From the NCBI GenBank assembly GCA_963668315.1, contig OY764216.1:2272001-2336000 (forward strand): a stretch of 64,000 nt of DNA. Direction: 5' to 3'. Of the stretch, positions 49,601-56,643 are shown in pieces. A model generated the notes under the pieces. The model saw nothing but the letters and a program-made list of their open reading frames with translations. It was not told where the DNA came from and ran no database searches. A program made the translations under genes and the position numbers. Each line of letters starts with the position of its first letter. The stretch's first letter is position 1. This DNA is from Spirochaetia bacterium. Its GTDB lineage: Bacteria; Spirochaetota; Spirochaetia; DSM-2461.

Positions 49601-52520
49601 TCTGATCCCCAACACCGGCTCCCTGACATCCGCCGATTACGATATAACCGTAACCGGTAACCTTGATATCTCCAGCACCACGATACCGACCCTGAGCGTA
49701 ACCGGCACTGGCGCTCTTTCCGTTGGCGGGACAACAGATATCGCCGCCGGTTCGGAACTCTCCCTGGGGAATGGGCTTGTTTCACTGGGAAACGATACGG
49801 CCGACACGGTCACCAACCTGGGAACGCTGACTTCCATCAGTACAGGGGCGGGCAATGTTACCTTTGCCGGTGATTATATAGGTACGGGAACGGGCACCCT
49901 GACCGGTTCTTCCGTCGGTAACCCTCGCTGGACCTTCAACCAAAATGCCTCCTTCGGTTCGGTGACCATGAACGGCGATCCGGTCTGGTTCGATTCGGAC
50001 GTGACGACCCATACGCTTACCGTAAATGGCGCTTCCAGTTTCGATACCCTGGTCGTCAGTACGGACGATACGGTGACTTTGGCCGGTGCGGGATCTCTGA
50101 CAGCTGCCCTATTGCAGACCGGAGATGCCGCCGCCGACAATGATACGGCCGTTTTCGATGCGGTATCAACTGATTTTGCCATAACTACTCTTGCCAATGG
50201 CGGTCGGCTGAGGCTGGCAGGTGATCAAACGGCTAGTGTAGGCACTTACGATACCGATTCGGGATGGACCGAATTTTACGGTGGAACTGTTACTTTGAAT
50301 AATACCGATTTTGCCGATCTCTGGAATCTGGAGATATCCTCTGGGGCCTATACCCTGGGACAGGATCTGAATGTCCTGGGAACGGGGCATGATTACGATG
50401 GTGACGGAGACGATTACAACGACGAGGGTTTTTTCCTTACCGGGGGAACCTTCAACGCCGGGAACAATACTATTACCGTGGAAGAGGCCTTTGCCGACAC
50501 GGGGGGAACCTTCAACTGTGATACGTCCCATGTAATATTCACCGGCGGTGGTGACGGGTATCTGGGGGGAACGAATACGTTCTATCAGCTCTCCTGTAAT
50601 TATGTTGACCATGCCGCGTCACCGGCCGTGGCTTCCGATATTTCCGTCAGCGGGAAGGATCTCTATTTCAACCCGGGAGAAACGATAACCCTCTCCACCG
50701 GCGGGTTCCTGGCTTTGTCCGGAGATCCCGCGTCCGGTCCGACTAACGATCCCCTTACGGCTTCCTATGAGCCGTCAACGACTTATCTGAGTCTGAGGCC
50801 TACATCGGAACCGGCCGATCCGGATAATCCTGCGGCGGGAGAGTACTGGAACCTGATCCTTCCCGCGGGAACGGATCTCTTCATGGAAAATGTATGCGCC
50901 TGGTACAGTAATGCCAGCAGTAACCCTTTTGTTCTTCAGAACAATATTTACATATGGCAGTGTCCCGGGTGGATGAATTACGTCAGGGTTCTGGGGTCGG
51001 AGACTCTGGACCTGGATGCTAATGGGAAAATCGATGCTCTGGAGGTGACGGTAGAAGTAGGAATCCGGAATGATTTCTCCGATTTTACCGCCCAGGTTAC
51101 CGGGTATTCTGTCAACGGTTATCAGTTTGGAACAGCCTATTCTTCGGACTATTTTCACTTTCGGATTCTTCTTGATGAACAGGCCTATCTGGACACCGAT
51201 GCTATACCGCCCTGGCAGATCCTTCAGAATACGACACTCGTCGATGATGCCACCGCCCAGAAGGCTGTTGTCATTACCCTGGCGAGCGGTTCTCCCGCCA
51301 CTCCCTATCACGGCCCCGACAGCCCCTCCGATACTCCTGTAGATACGGCCGATCCCGTCCTCGGGTACTCTCTGGCCGTTCCGGGGCTTGATCAGGTTTT
51401 CCTCCACTTCTCCGAACCTGTCTACGCCAACGGCGGAGGAGCGCTGGGCGTGGGGGACCTGAACTTTACCGTACCTTCCGGTGCGACACCTCAAGCTTTG
51501 ACTGCCGTCACATCAAACAGCGGGGGAGTGGAAGAGGCTCTTGTCGGCTTCAGCGGCTCCCTGGATTTTACCGATGTTCTTACCGGTACGGTCGCCATGG
51601 AAGACGGATCGTCAAATCCTGTGGAAGATGCTGCGGGAAACACGGCGGATATCGCAACTTTAACTCGGAACAATGCCCATGCCCTGTCCGATGTTCTCTT
51701 CGGACCGACGGACAACGGTCCGGTGGAGCCGCTCTGGGCGCAGGACCAGACTACTGCTTCCTCTACGGGCAACGGAACGGGAGTCATCAATGAATTTGAC
51801 GGTACTGAGCATCTGAAGGATGAGGATATCACCCTCCAGGCTCACCTTAACTCGGATATTGCTCTTGGAACGGGAGCCGGTCAACTGGACGGCGATATTG
51901 AGCTGCGTTTCATACAGAATCCCGGGACTTCCTATATAGACGGAAACGGCCTGTGGCTTGATACGACATATTTTAGCGAGACGGACTTTTCCGGTCTGGT
52001 TCCCTATGAGCTTTCCGGTTCCGTATCTTCTACCGGTTCGGCGGAAGCCTCCAATGACCATGTATGGAACTTTTCCATGTCCGAAGGGGACATAAGCAAC
52101 AGCGCCGATTTATCCTTTATCTTCTATCTGCCGGGAATCGACCGGTACTCCGCCCGTATTGACGACCACACCGCTTCGGACTGGTACCGCCGCGTATCTC
52201 CCTGGAGCTTCGGCGTTCATAATATTGTAAATCAGGGAGCAGGCGTCTCCATTCTGAACAACGTTATCAATCCTCTCAAGGGAGAGCAGACGACTCTCTA
52301 CTATAATCTGGAGAAGGGCGGTATGGTATCGGTTCAGGTCTTTGATCTGGCGGGCGGACTGGTGGAAATACTCCATAGGGGCCGACAGAATGCCGGTGAG
52401 TATTCCCTGTCTTGGAACGGGACGAACCGTAATAACAATCCGGTGGCCCGGGGTATCTATTTTGTAAGACTGGTAGGTCCCGGTGTGGATGAGATGAGAA
52501 AGGTTCTGGTGGTGAAATAG
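37686..52520 (+). CDS. Giant (4,944 aa) secreted beta-strand repeat protein with C-terminal FlgD Ig-like domain; probable surface adhesin
   Basis: Uninterrupted ORF; signal peptide; G/T/N/D/S-rich beta-helix-type repeats; C-terminus SWNGTNRNNNPVARGIYFVRL...KVLVVK. Confidence 0.9.
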   Translation: MVNCMAKRTFGAFLFFSLFILISINGQSLVPPGSDDWLQVTSSTNQGGRDSIQTVFFQVPDSYTSPIYFGICDPETNGVAPDQNTGTTYYYLMGGDGCYTNSNSREEFYSTPADSIAAGTGDILYTYEYNNSFTEQSVITPVGGSPDVSDDEEWAYFPPVYPSQGEHVGDYYYFRMVVNASSSYKNAYKLVASSSLMNPATPVEITSIRAFAYSWCFDNRKNLSTWSFYPFVPDSVNTSGGLDIHTNDADSESYDLYDIFGNPRATDTPSSGTNWSSVTQGYNYLFSDSNTGDPQINGTWQIDFYNNEAGAPNENTIEVWSYETGSGICLPIYTASYTPPLPYRVTASVTDDPSLTGSDSTVLLQIVDSSGNSVPYSRNIYISDPSGHLSFYEEDGTTPIVGNLITTNTDGFYTFNCRNSNAESVEISFVTDGTLGSDALAGTNAENDKATVTHYTGAFPTLVSTGVSSVAGSSVSGIDFTITDDDGAYISASDNIYLRIPASIDAQWNQTLSGSFSGSAFDAGLVGTNPIVHYEDSRTIRIDVNSDFTSDNDTLVISGLGFTSSNSASSGDFEMAYDGLSGLWNVVDGLTTGNDIIINPATYFIWNGSAGDGNFDNGSNWQYGAAPGHRDGANIVLTASGTDAVLSYDALGYIFGEVTITSGAKPEIAGGSSLQINTSYENNGTLVFSDTVNIETAAGVFNSSSSLGNVELDGSLGDGTGNVNYGYYNDLTSTAGNWTFTASVWEVVINGDASLTTGSWTMTGGPVIYLSGSWANDGITINNSYELRLYGSDPCNITGTGAFSTFYSLICEEPGKVISFETGAINHTVSSGNLRMAGSASSPIILKGTTNADWFLNVTSASTVDISYVDVQYSTADVSISADFSIDSGNNSNWDFGTGKTTTWDGSNSESVTTVPNWDNGVPDDSGTGVDSVIIPDVSLLNFAPVLSGGWDLGSGSLTIGDGGTLDINAYNVNVAVLNNEGTIYAQSGSSLTGVSLDNDSGVVSYSGVGGTGLPLGNNYHDLVINAGNWTLNSNLVVNGDLVINGGTLDAGIYNITVSGDFSHIGGTVTGTTGSITVSGDSVLNSSISYSDAAVFQFNGGLSSSTGSVSTTIGSISVAATSNLLLAGVLDAGNGGSINFTANGSITQTGGSVDTGTSGSIFAVTYDDDGGDITLNQGNTALSLTLQSLNNAGDTIVSGDIIYVDDDGFTMALIETNGFVDLTCTSATINDAVSDINQSGDITARDGIVLRGTADISLDGVTYTNNIGPLAVDTTGWFNLADDGDISLGTVNSLSGLTAENIQFDLTGASDYSVSVTQTATAPIICTGLILEGNYGNFQLDTAAAGNLVGTIALYGDTNPVRAVYSQTTVGDVTLGEVYRDLGAAAVRTGATNVENLSLTLDPTSDFTVDNTTVASWDVTGDFSLTADQYLDNSIDLTTGGNVSLNLTTATFLSNTWTFNGTTSYDDVNSLTSLNDVTITGTGNLTAASTIYVAGDWTNSGTFNHGNQTVEFVSATESVISGVTTFYNFICQEPGKTLTFLDAETHVITNDLTIQGDNSSLPASVVTLSSLGTWGFDWLNGGTADIDYAAIGNGNLDSNDITADNSINLDNSCNLGGYSNSWIFSAKDVTWEGNTDTLWSTDSNWDWRFVPNPTDNVIIPDADTTTYDPVLDGDITVNSLTLETDGDLVASTYDITVTGAFSMSNDGTDYATLTGDGGDDGLVDLTVGGEATLNGTISYSNGADLVFTGGISAGQMTGSITITDNVTTGSINISGGTGNDLQFNGGFLDAGTGSISLDTNGGDLNDDATDSVVNLIADTITLANMGFVIGQSASEPLETASSGNCVMTLPGGNVAIYIAHTGSISPGFGGDRIPPLADYGLSITATGNLTMPANTIESGDMPQTFQAGGTLTIPAACSLRTVGDGGVTGTGDITLSGAALAITAGAGTIASTGTGNISLTQSAGALTLDRALSVNSGDITVDGENEAVTINQALTSASGNINLLANSSNTADPANLTIGGILSAGGNISLTAYNGTITQSAAISGVTLNAVTYDDNGSDIILSNGGNDFTFIDIRSRDNGDANNDTGNINYVDADGFDIVQLGTAGFADLTCSSGTLSDGIADISQSGPITVGSLAVRGTGDIGLDDDVNNSIPVLAVNTTGWLVFSENEDVEIGSVNGLSGLTVTEYITLIHNNVDSSYTYSITQTQPVSSTRLILEGSYGNFVLNGAGNLITWMALNGTAAGTPLRAQYTQDGNITFANITRWETDSSTISRAGMANLESIALSATSGDLTIDGPDAGGDVPSWEVGGNFTLTCDQLFNNGATINSSGNVTLTLGTASTLANTWIFDGTTDFLIAGAAITLNDIQVGNGSGGTLSFNDASLTDIDINGDITASNGTLLDFTNDTVTMAGDVNFTGLTGLTSANSDISFDDGALPVQTVTSAGQSFNNIVVTGVGISATDDFDANGTADFSAGTSTATAAFTADGLITLDSGAPVLTTTGTLTANAGITVNTGSLTANGDTVIDGNLTVSGSGSMGGTGNIDVNGTGNVSLSGTGTFTCNTRTIFLTGNWTENIGTFDVSGDSSLIRFDGGGASTINGVNSIDNLTIDNGTTLDISTNPLTCNNDVIVNGVIDSNGQNLTILGTVSDGGTLTDARTLQTTGGETLDIEGDISVATFTVNTGTSPVIQAASDFTPGTFTCELSSVVLDGGNAGDLGGYTFYDLTFAKDADTDVITSTGDLTVTNSLIMTTGEWYAGESTHTVSGGWNSTSPTFLFTAGSTTSTIILTSGSVSHQTGEGFYNFTADGSITVSSDFEAGNALLIPEAGSFSSVNNNIDVTGNLNISNSGTPSSLSITGTGSLSIGGTTAIGAGSTLSLGYGLVALGNDTADTVTNLGTITSVSTGAGNVTFAGDYIGMGTGALIGSTAGNPQWTFEQNASFGSVTMNGDPVWFDSGVLTHTLTLNGASSFATVAVGTGDMVTLAGTGSFTAAVLQTGDTASDGDSAVFDASSMEFTIATLNNGGHFYLVGDQVASSVTNYDIDSGETYFYGAGASLGGLTTFYDLTLAGTGSRTFSAAVNVYHDLDASADLGVHDLNTNTTVLNFRDETGVADTGVGTYTPPGTAANLTFYALAIEGGNTLTAAGDIVLEQNWTNNGTFAPGIYDISFINGTIGSTLVGSTTFNDFTCTALGKTMTFTDGTTQTINGDLTLTGASGVGNMINLTGTSNTGWTFANVGNLETVNYVTVAYGQVDSNSITAGNSVNVDDSSEVDPDPLTVPCWDFTTKAVAWVGSPADSDWQTGSNWSFGYAPNDNDNVTIPDVTGSSFLQPVITSADISVNELTLDAAATLEVGDGMTLSIGSTYTNNGILYRSGTSSVTSSVYPLPGQTTYRGTGGNIQVYAGDDYVNLGIDGVTMDTNNNDLSVTGTLTGTGTLQTSGTENLDIAGNITINRITVPNTSNSTIQVASDFTPSIFDNDGAGGTVVNGSIVLDGANDANLAGFSYYNLTFAKTADTVVITSTGNITVANSLTMITGEWDAQSFTHNITDNVNGGWNSTSANFLFNAGTSSIILNNGAVSHQAGEGFNNFTANGAITLGTALEVGNDLLVSGGNSLTATADRQITVGGNYTNNGTHTANAGLLAVTGNFSNTGTFNANSGTTQINGTTANSGTFNAGTALFEANNSVTNTGTFNSSGETLQLTGGGTLNGFGGAFAGTTNNLYNLIINSGAWTTTSDLTVRNLIQINGGSLNTDSDSVTTGILRLLGGTMTSGTTAGNTVTVATGEFLMNDAASSFTGISPVTVTLGDMNLGLGDFSPSGTVDITAGNLNVSNTGAKTPSGAISVGGASNFTGGTFTSGGTFTSSSLVTVNGGTLTANALLTANGGMTVTSGTLDGTGDMDVNGTVNLNGGTLTAGARNMNVSGDWTETAAVLAAGTSLVTFDTGASQITAVNPFYNLTADCAATLLSDITVGGDLLIPNTGSLTSADYDITVTGNLDISSTTIPTLSVTGTGALSVGGTTDIAAGSELSLGNGLVSLGNDTADTVTNLGTLTSISTGAGNVTFAGDYIGTGTGTLTGSSVGNPRWTFNQNASFGSVTMNGDPVWFDSDVTTHTLTVNGASSFDTLVVSTDDTVTLAGAGSLTAALLQTGDAAADNDTAVFDAVSTDFAITTLANGGRLRLAGDQTASVGTYDTDSGWTEFYGGTVTLNNTDFADLWNLEISSGAYTLGQDLNVLGTGHDYDGDGDDYNDEGFFLTGGTFNAGNNTITVEEAFADTGGTFNCDTSHVIFTGGGDGYLGGTNTFYQLSCNYVDHAASPAVASDISVSGKDLYFNPGETITLSTGGFLALSGDPASGPTNDPLTASYEPSTTYLSLRPTSEPADPDNPAAGEYWNLILPAGTDLFMENVCAWYSNASSNPFVLQNNIYIWQCPGWMNYVRVLGSETLDLDANGKIDALEVTVEVGIRNDFSDFTAQVTGYSVNGYQFGTAYSSDYFHFRILLDEQAYLDTDAIPPWQILQNTTLVDDATAQKAVVITLASGSPATPYHGPDSPSDTPVDTADPVLGYSLAVPGLDQVFLHFSEPVYANGGGALGVGDLNFTVPSGATPQALTAVTSNSGGVEEALVGFSGSLDFTDVLTGTVAMEDGSSNPVEDAAGNTADIATLTRNNAHALSDVLFGPTDNGPVEPLWAQDQTTASSTGNGTGVINEFDGTEHLKDEDITLQAHLNSDIALGTGAGQLDGDIELRFIQNPGTSYIDGNGLWLDTTYFSETDFSGLVPYELSGSVSSTGSAEASNDHVWNFSMSEGDISNSADLSFIFYLPGIDRYSARIDDHTASDWYRRVSPWSFGVHNIVNQGAGVSILNNVINPLKGEQTTLYYNLEKGGMVSVQVFDLAGGLVEILHRGRQNAGEYSLSWNGTNRNNNPVARGIYFVRLVGPGVDEMRKVLVVK
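46080..50285 (+). repeat. Internal direct duplication in the giant gene (~46080-46830 vs ~49535-50285)
   Basis: Near-identical LGNDTADTVTNLGT.TS.STGAGNVTFAGDYIG...QNASFGSVTMNGDPVWFDS at both protein and DNA level. Confidence 0.9.
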
Positions 52521-52576
52521 AAAGATTTGATTCCTATAGGGGAGAGGAGGTGGGCTCCGTCGCTCCCCTTGTTTCG

Positions 52577-53008
52577 TCAGCCTATCAGCTTCATCAGAAC
52601 ATCTCCCCACTCCTTATCCATCGGGGTGGGGCGGCCCGTTTCGGCCGATATGGAGGCGGCTTTTACCAGAAGGGAGGCGATGATTTCGTCTCCCCGGCAG
52701 ATGTCCTGTTTGAATATGAGGGAAAACACTTCCCGCTTGGTTATGGTCGTTTTCACTTCCAGCATGTCATCCAGATAGCCCGGTTTCAGATAATCTATGG
52801 TAAGTGACCTCACGACGAAAACAAGATTCTTCCTGTCCTTCAGCTCTTTCTGGTCGCCCCCGACATGTCGGAAGAGTTCGGTCCGGCCATGTTCGGCCAT
52901 ATCCAGATAACGGCCATGATAGATGATACCCCCCGCATCGGTATCGCTGTAGTAAGCGCGAACGGGAAAATGATGGGCTCCCTCTTTGAATTCTCCTGAA
53001 TGCTGCAT
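52577..53008 (-). CDS. YbgC/FadM family acyl-CoA thioesterase
   Basis: VRAYYSDTDAGGIIYHGRYL..AEHGRTE. Confidence 0.9.
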   Translation of the reverse strand: MQHSGEFKEGAHHFPVRAYYSDTDAGGIIYHGRYLDMAEHGRTELFRHVGGDQKELKDRKNLVFVVRSLTIDYLKPGYLDDMLEVKTTITKREVFSLIFKQDICRGDEIIASLLVKAASISAETGRPTPMDKEWGDVLMKLIG

Positions 53009-53204
53009 GGTTTCCTCCCGGTACAGAATGGTAAAATCCTTGATCTGTGAATTGAATTATGACTATTATAGCGGGTATTCTTTCTTGACACAACTATCAT
53101 ATCCGTTGTAAAAAATCCTTCCGCAGGATTTTCTCGGGTCATTTCTGTTAATTGCGCCGGGTATGTGTTAAAATTTATGGCAGATGAACGGGGAGGCACT
53201 GACT

Positions 53205-53576
53205 ATGAAAAGAGTGAAAACACGATATATACGGGTCTTGAGCATTTTAATTGCAGCTATGGCCGTCATTTTTGTTGTACAAATGATTAATAACCGTTCT
53301 CTCGATGAAGCAATGCCGCTGACCAGGATCATCCTGGTAACCCTGGCCTCGGGGGTCGGTTTTCTTCCTCTGGCCCTCCTGTCTCTCCTCATAGAAAGAA
53401 ACGGCGGACAGAATCAGATTATGGCCGTCAAGGAAGTGATCTTGAACGAACAGGATATCAAGGATGCCGCTTCTCTCTGGATTTATACACAGCACGGCGT
53501 GGCCCCCGAAGGGGATGTTGAACTAATTGTAAACGAAGACGGGGGAGTCAGCTGTTTGGCTCACATACCAGGCTGA
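53205..53576 (+). CDS. Hypothetical two-TM membrane protein
   Basis: GGAGG RBS; two hydrophobic segments. Confidence 0.65.
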   Translation: MKRVKTRYIRVLSILIAAMAVIFVVQMINNRSLDEAMPLTRIILVTLASGVGFLPLALLSLLIERNGGQNQIMAVKEVILNEQDIKDAASLWIYTQHGVAPEGDVELIVNEDGGVSCLAHIPG

Positions 53577-54222
53577 GGACGTCTTCTACCTGAAAATCTT
53601 CAATGCCGCCGGCAATCAGCCGGGCTTCAGCCGGGTATTCATTAAGACGGTTTTTCAGAAAGGGATTTACCAGTACAACCGTGTCCATTCCCGCCCGGAC
53701 TCCCGCGTGGGCGCCATTTATGGAGTCCTCCAGAACCAGACAGTTCCGGGGACTTTTATCCAGCAGTTCGGCGGCCTTGAGAAAAACATCCGGTTCCGGT
53801 TTACCCTTTGCGACCCTTTCGGCGGAGAGTATCAGGTCGAAATAGGGGGCAATTCCCGTTTGTTTCAGAAGTTCTTCCAGTAGTTCCTGGGAGGTCGCTG
53901 AAGCGACGGCCATAACGGCCCCTTTTATCTTCAATTTTTCCAGGAGCTCTCCCATGACCGGGAAAACTGTCGTATTTTCCCGGGCAAGCTTTAGGTAAAG
54001 GTCGTCCTGGACCTGTTGCATTTCCTCCAGTGAGGCGTCGATGCCATACCGATCCTTCATGGCCTGAAGGAAGCGGCGGGAACCGAATCCCACATAGTCA
54101 TTATGCTGTTCCAGGGAGAGAGTTCCTCCGAATCGGGCTACCGTCTGGCAGTCGCTTATCGCATAGGTCGGTTCGCTGTCCACGAGGGTTCCGTCAAAAT
54201 CAAAGAGTACCGTATCGATCAT
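53548..54222 (-). CDS. HAD family phosphatase (beta-PGM/CbbY-like)
   Basis: FDFDGTLVDSE, KPEPDVF, VLEDS. Confidence 0.92.
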   Translation of the reverse strand: MIDTVLFDFDGTLVDSEPTYAISDCQTVARFGGTLSLEQHNDYVGFGSRRFLQAMKDRYGIDASLEEMQQVQDDLYLKLARENTTVFPVMGELLEKLKIKGAVMAVASATSQELLEELLKQTGIAPYFDLILSAERVAKGKPEPDVFLKAAELLDKSPRNCLVLEDSINGAHAGVRAGMDTVVLVNPFLKNRLNEYPAEARLIAGGIEDFQVEDVLSLVCEPNS

Positions 54223-54234
54223 GGGCGGATCGTA

Positions 54235-55602
54235 TCATAAAGACCGGGGCAGTTCAATAAGAAAGCAGGCGCCGCCCAGATTTGTTTCGGAATAGCGGAT
54301 GGAACCGCCGTGGCTCTCAACGATCGTCTTCGCCGAAGCCAGACCGACACCGATTCCCCGGGTATTCCGTCCCGAATCGGCCCGGTAGAAGTTATCGAAA
54401 ATATGGGGGATATGCTCTTTTTCAATTCCGGGACCGGAGTCTTCCATGGAAATGACCCAACTCTTCTCGTTTGCATTAAGGGAAAAACGAATGGTATCTC
54501 CTGGGTCGGTATAGCGGCAGGCATTATCAAACAGGTTTTCCAGAACCCTGAAGATCATCCTTCTGTCGCCTTTGAAGAGGGCTTCATCGGAAATCTCCGA
54601 TTTAATGATAATATTCCTCTTGCGTATGAGAGCGTCATTCCGGAAAATACCTGCCACTTCGTCAAAGAGTTCCCTGAGGGAAAAATCACTGAACCTGTTT
54701 TTCCATTCCGTCGTCTGCAGCCGGGAGAAATGGATCAGATCGCTGATTCTCTCTTCCAGAAGATTGGTTTTCTCCATGATGACATTGGTATAGTGGTTCA
54801 ACTCTTCCTGACTCTGGGCCATTCCATCCTGCAGGGCTTCCACATATCCCTTAATCGAGGTAAGAGGCGTTTTCAGATCATGGGAGATGGACATCATGAT
54901 GCGCTGCTGCCTGTCATGGTTGTCCTTCAGTTCCTGCCGCATCTGGTCAAAGGCGCGGATAAGATGAGTAAAGGGGTGCTTTTTCTTTTTGCTGAAGGGG
55001 GGGATTTCCACATCCCAGTTCCCGCGACCGATCTCTCCGGCGGCATTTTCGAGACTTAGTATGGATTTCGCCATGGGCCGTGTGAGAAAAGCCATGGAGA
55101 GGACGGGTATGAGAATGAATCCCAGATAGAAAATCCAGACAAGCTTTACGGACGTGTCGAGCGCTTTAGCCTGAGCCGAAATCAGGGCCTGAACGAAGAT
55201 GGCCAGGCAGGCGTCTCCTTTATATCGGAAGATAGAGATGCTGAAAGGAATGGAGGGCATTTCATTCATCAGCACCTCATAGAAGTCTTTTCCCGAATTT
55301 TCCCAATCGCTCTCGGTAATAGCCGGATATCTTTTAATAAATTCCGGATGGGCATACATGACATGGCCGTCATTATCCAGTAGGAGAATGACGCCCTTTT
55401 CGGCAATCTTCTTCTCGTCATAATCGCCGGAGAGAATCGATGTGAGAACAGGCTGAAGGTATCGCGGCGCCTCGAGATCCCCCTCTGTTTCCAGTTGTGA
55501 GCTCCAGGCGATCCACACGACACCGAAGGATGTGACCATGGAGGCGAGGGGTACAAGGATGATCAAGGCGAAAAGCAGATGAAAACGCTTTCGTAAATTC
55601 AA
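54235..55602 (-). CDS. HAMP-domain sensor histidine kinase
   Basis: SHDLKTPLTSIKGY, ENLFDNA, EDSGPGI, GIGVGLA; TTG start overlaps the regulator's TGA. Confidence 0.92.
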   Translation of the reverse strand: MNLRKRFHLLFALIILVPLASMVTSFGVVWIAWSSQLETEGDLEAPRYLQPVLTSILSGDYDEKKIAEKGVILLLDNDGHVMYAHPEFIKRYPAITESDWENSGKDFYEVLMNEMPSIPFSISIFRYKGDACLAIFVQALISAQAKALDTSVKLVWIFYLGFILIPVLSMAFLTRPMAKSILSLENAAGEIGRGNWDVEIPPFSKKKKHPFTHLIRAFDQMRQELKDNHDRQQRIMMSISHDLKTPLTSIKGYVEALQDGMAQSQEELNHYTNVIMEKTNLLEERISDLIHFSRLQTTEWKNRFSDFSLRELFDEVAGIFRNDALIRKRNIIIKSEISDEALFKGDRRMIFRVLENLFDNACRYTDPGDTIRFSLNANEKSWVISMEDSGPGIEKEHIPHIFDNFYRADSGRNTRGIGVGLASAKTIVESHGGSIRYSETNLGGACFLIELPRSL

Positions 55603-56306
55603 CTGTTCTTCCCTTTGCCGTCGTTGGCCGTTATATAGTAGCCCGAACCGTAGGCCGTTTTGATAAATCGGGGATTCGCAGGATCTTCTTCCAGTTTTTT
55701 TCGGAGCCTCTGAATATGCACCGATACGGTGGTCAGATCCCCGTACGTGTTGTGCCAGACTTTTCTGTACAGTTCTTCCTGTTTCACGGCTCTTTCCGGG
55801 TATTCGGAAAGGACAAGGAGAAGGGAGAGCTCCTTCGGAGGGAGATCGATACGGCTGCCGTCCCTTTTCAGCCACAGATTGTCCCTGTCCAGGACATAGG
55901 GGCCGAAATGAAACAAATTCGATTCACCGGTATCATCATTCTGAATGCGTCTCAAGTGAGCCCGTACCCGGGCGGCAAGGACCTTGGGACTGAATGGTTT
56001 GGAGACATAGTCATCGGCTCCGATGCCGAAACCCATGATCATATCCACATCTTCCTGACGGGCGGACACGATCATGACGGGAATACTTTCCCCTTTCTGG
56101 CGGATTTTCTGCAAAACCTCGAATCCGTCGATTCCGGGAAGATTAATATCAAGAAGCACCATGTCGAACTCGGAACTCTCCAGGCATGCCATTCCCTCTT
56201 CACCGGTTATGGCATGGAGAGTTTCGATTCCTTCCTTCCTCAGATAAAGGCCGATAAGATCGGCGATATCCTTTTCATCTTCAATAATAAGTACGGTGCC
56301 TTGCAT
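55599..56306 (-). CDS. OmpR-family response regulator
   Basis: IIEDE, LLDINLP, KPFS; winged helix TVSVHIQRLRKKLE...G.GY. Confidence 0.95.
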   Translation of the reverse strand: MQGTVLIIEDEKDIADLIGLYLRKEGIETLHAITGEEGMACLESSEFDMVLLDINLPGIDGFEVLQKIRQKGESIPVMIVSARQEDVDMIMGFGIGADDYVSKPFSPKVLAARVRAHLRRIQNDDTGESNLFHFGPYVLDRDNLWLKRDGSRIDLPPKELSLLLVLSEYPERAVKQEELYRKVWHNTYGDLTTVSVHIQRLRKKLEEDPANPRFIKTAYGSGYYITANDGKGKNS

Positions 56307-56349
56307 AAAAATCCTCTCAGACCCGGCCGAAGCCGGGATTGTGTATTTC

Positions 56350-56643
56350 CTAGAAGGGGGTAATTCCCGACTGCTCAAAGCAGGCAAGCCCCAGAATGGG
56401 ATATTTCTCCCTGAGAGCCGTAATATCCTTGTGAAGTATTTCCAGCTTCTCATCGTTCACATAGAGGATGAAAAGGATATTCTCCTCGGGCCAGACGCTG
56501 TTTCCCATACACCAGCCGGAATAGCCCGATCCGTCTACCTGATGAATCATGGTATAGCAGGGATGGCCTCCCTCCCGAACGGGCATGATCTCTATAAGCT
56601 GTTCTTCCAGGGCCTGATTGGCGATGATTTCCACTCGGGTCAT
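56350..56643 (-). CDS. PG0541-family (PII-like) transporter-associated protein
   Basis: YT.I..V.GSG.SG..MGNSVWPEEN motif; 4-nt overlap with the RND permease gene. Confidence 0.7.
   Translation of the reverse strand: MTRVEIIANQALEEQLIEIMPVREGGHPCYTMIHQVDGSGYSGWCMGNSVWPEENILFILYVNDEKLEILHKDITALREKYPILGLACFEQSGITPF

Noticed and set aside
37686..52520. Diversity-generating retroelement, RTX toxin or CdiA interpretation of the giant gene
   Set aside because: No reverse transcriptase or adenine-specific TR/VR pair, no GGxGxD nonapeptide runs, and no VENN motif, toxin or immunity gene.
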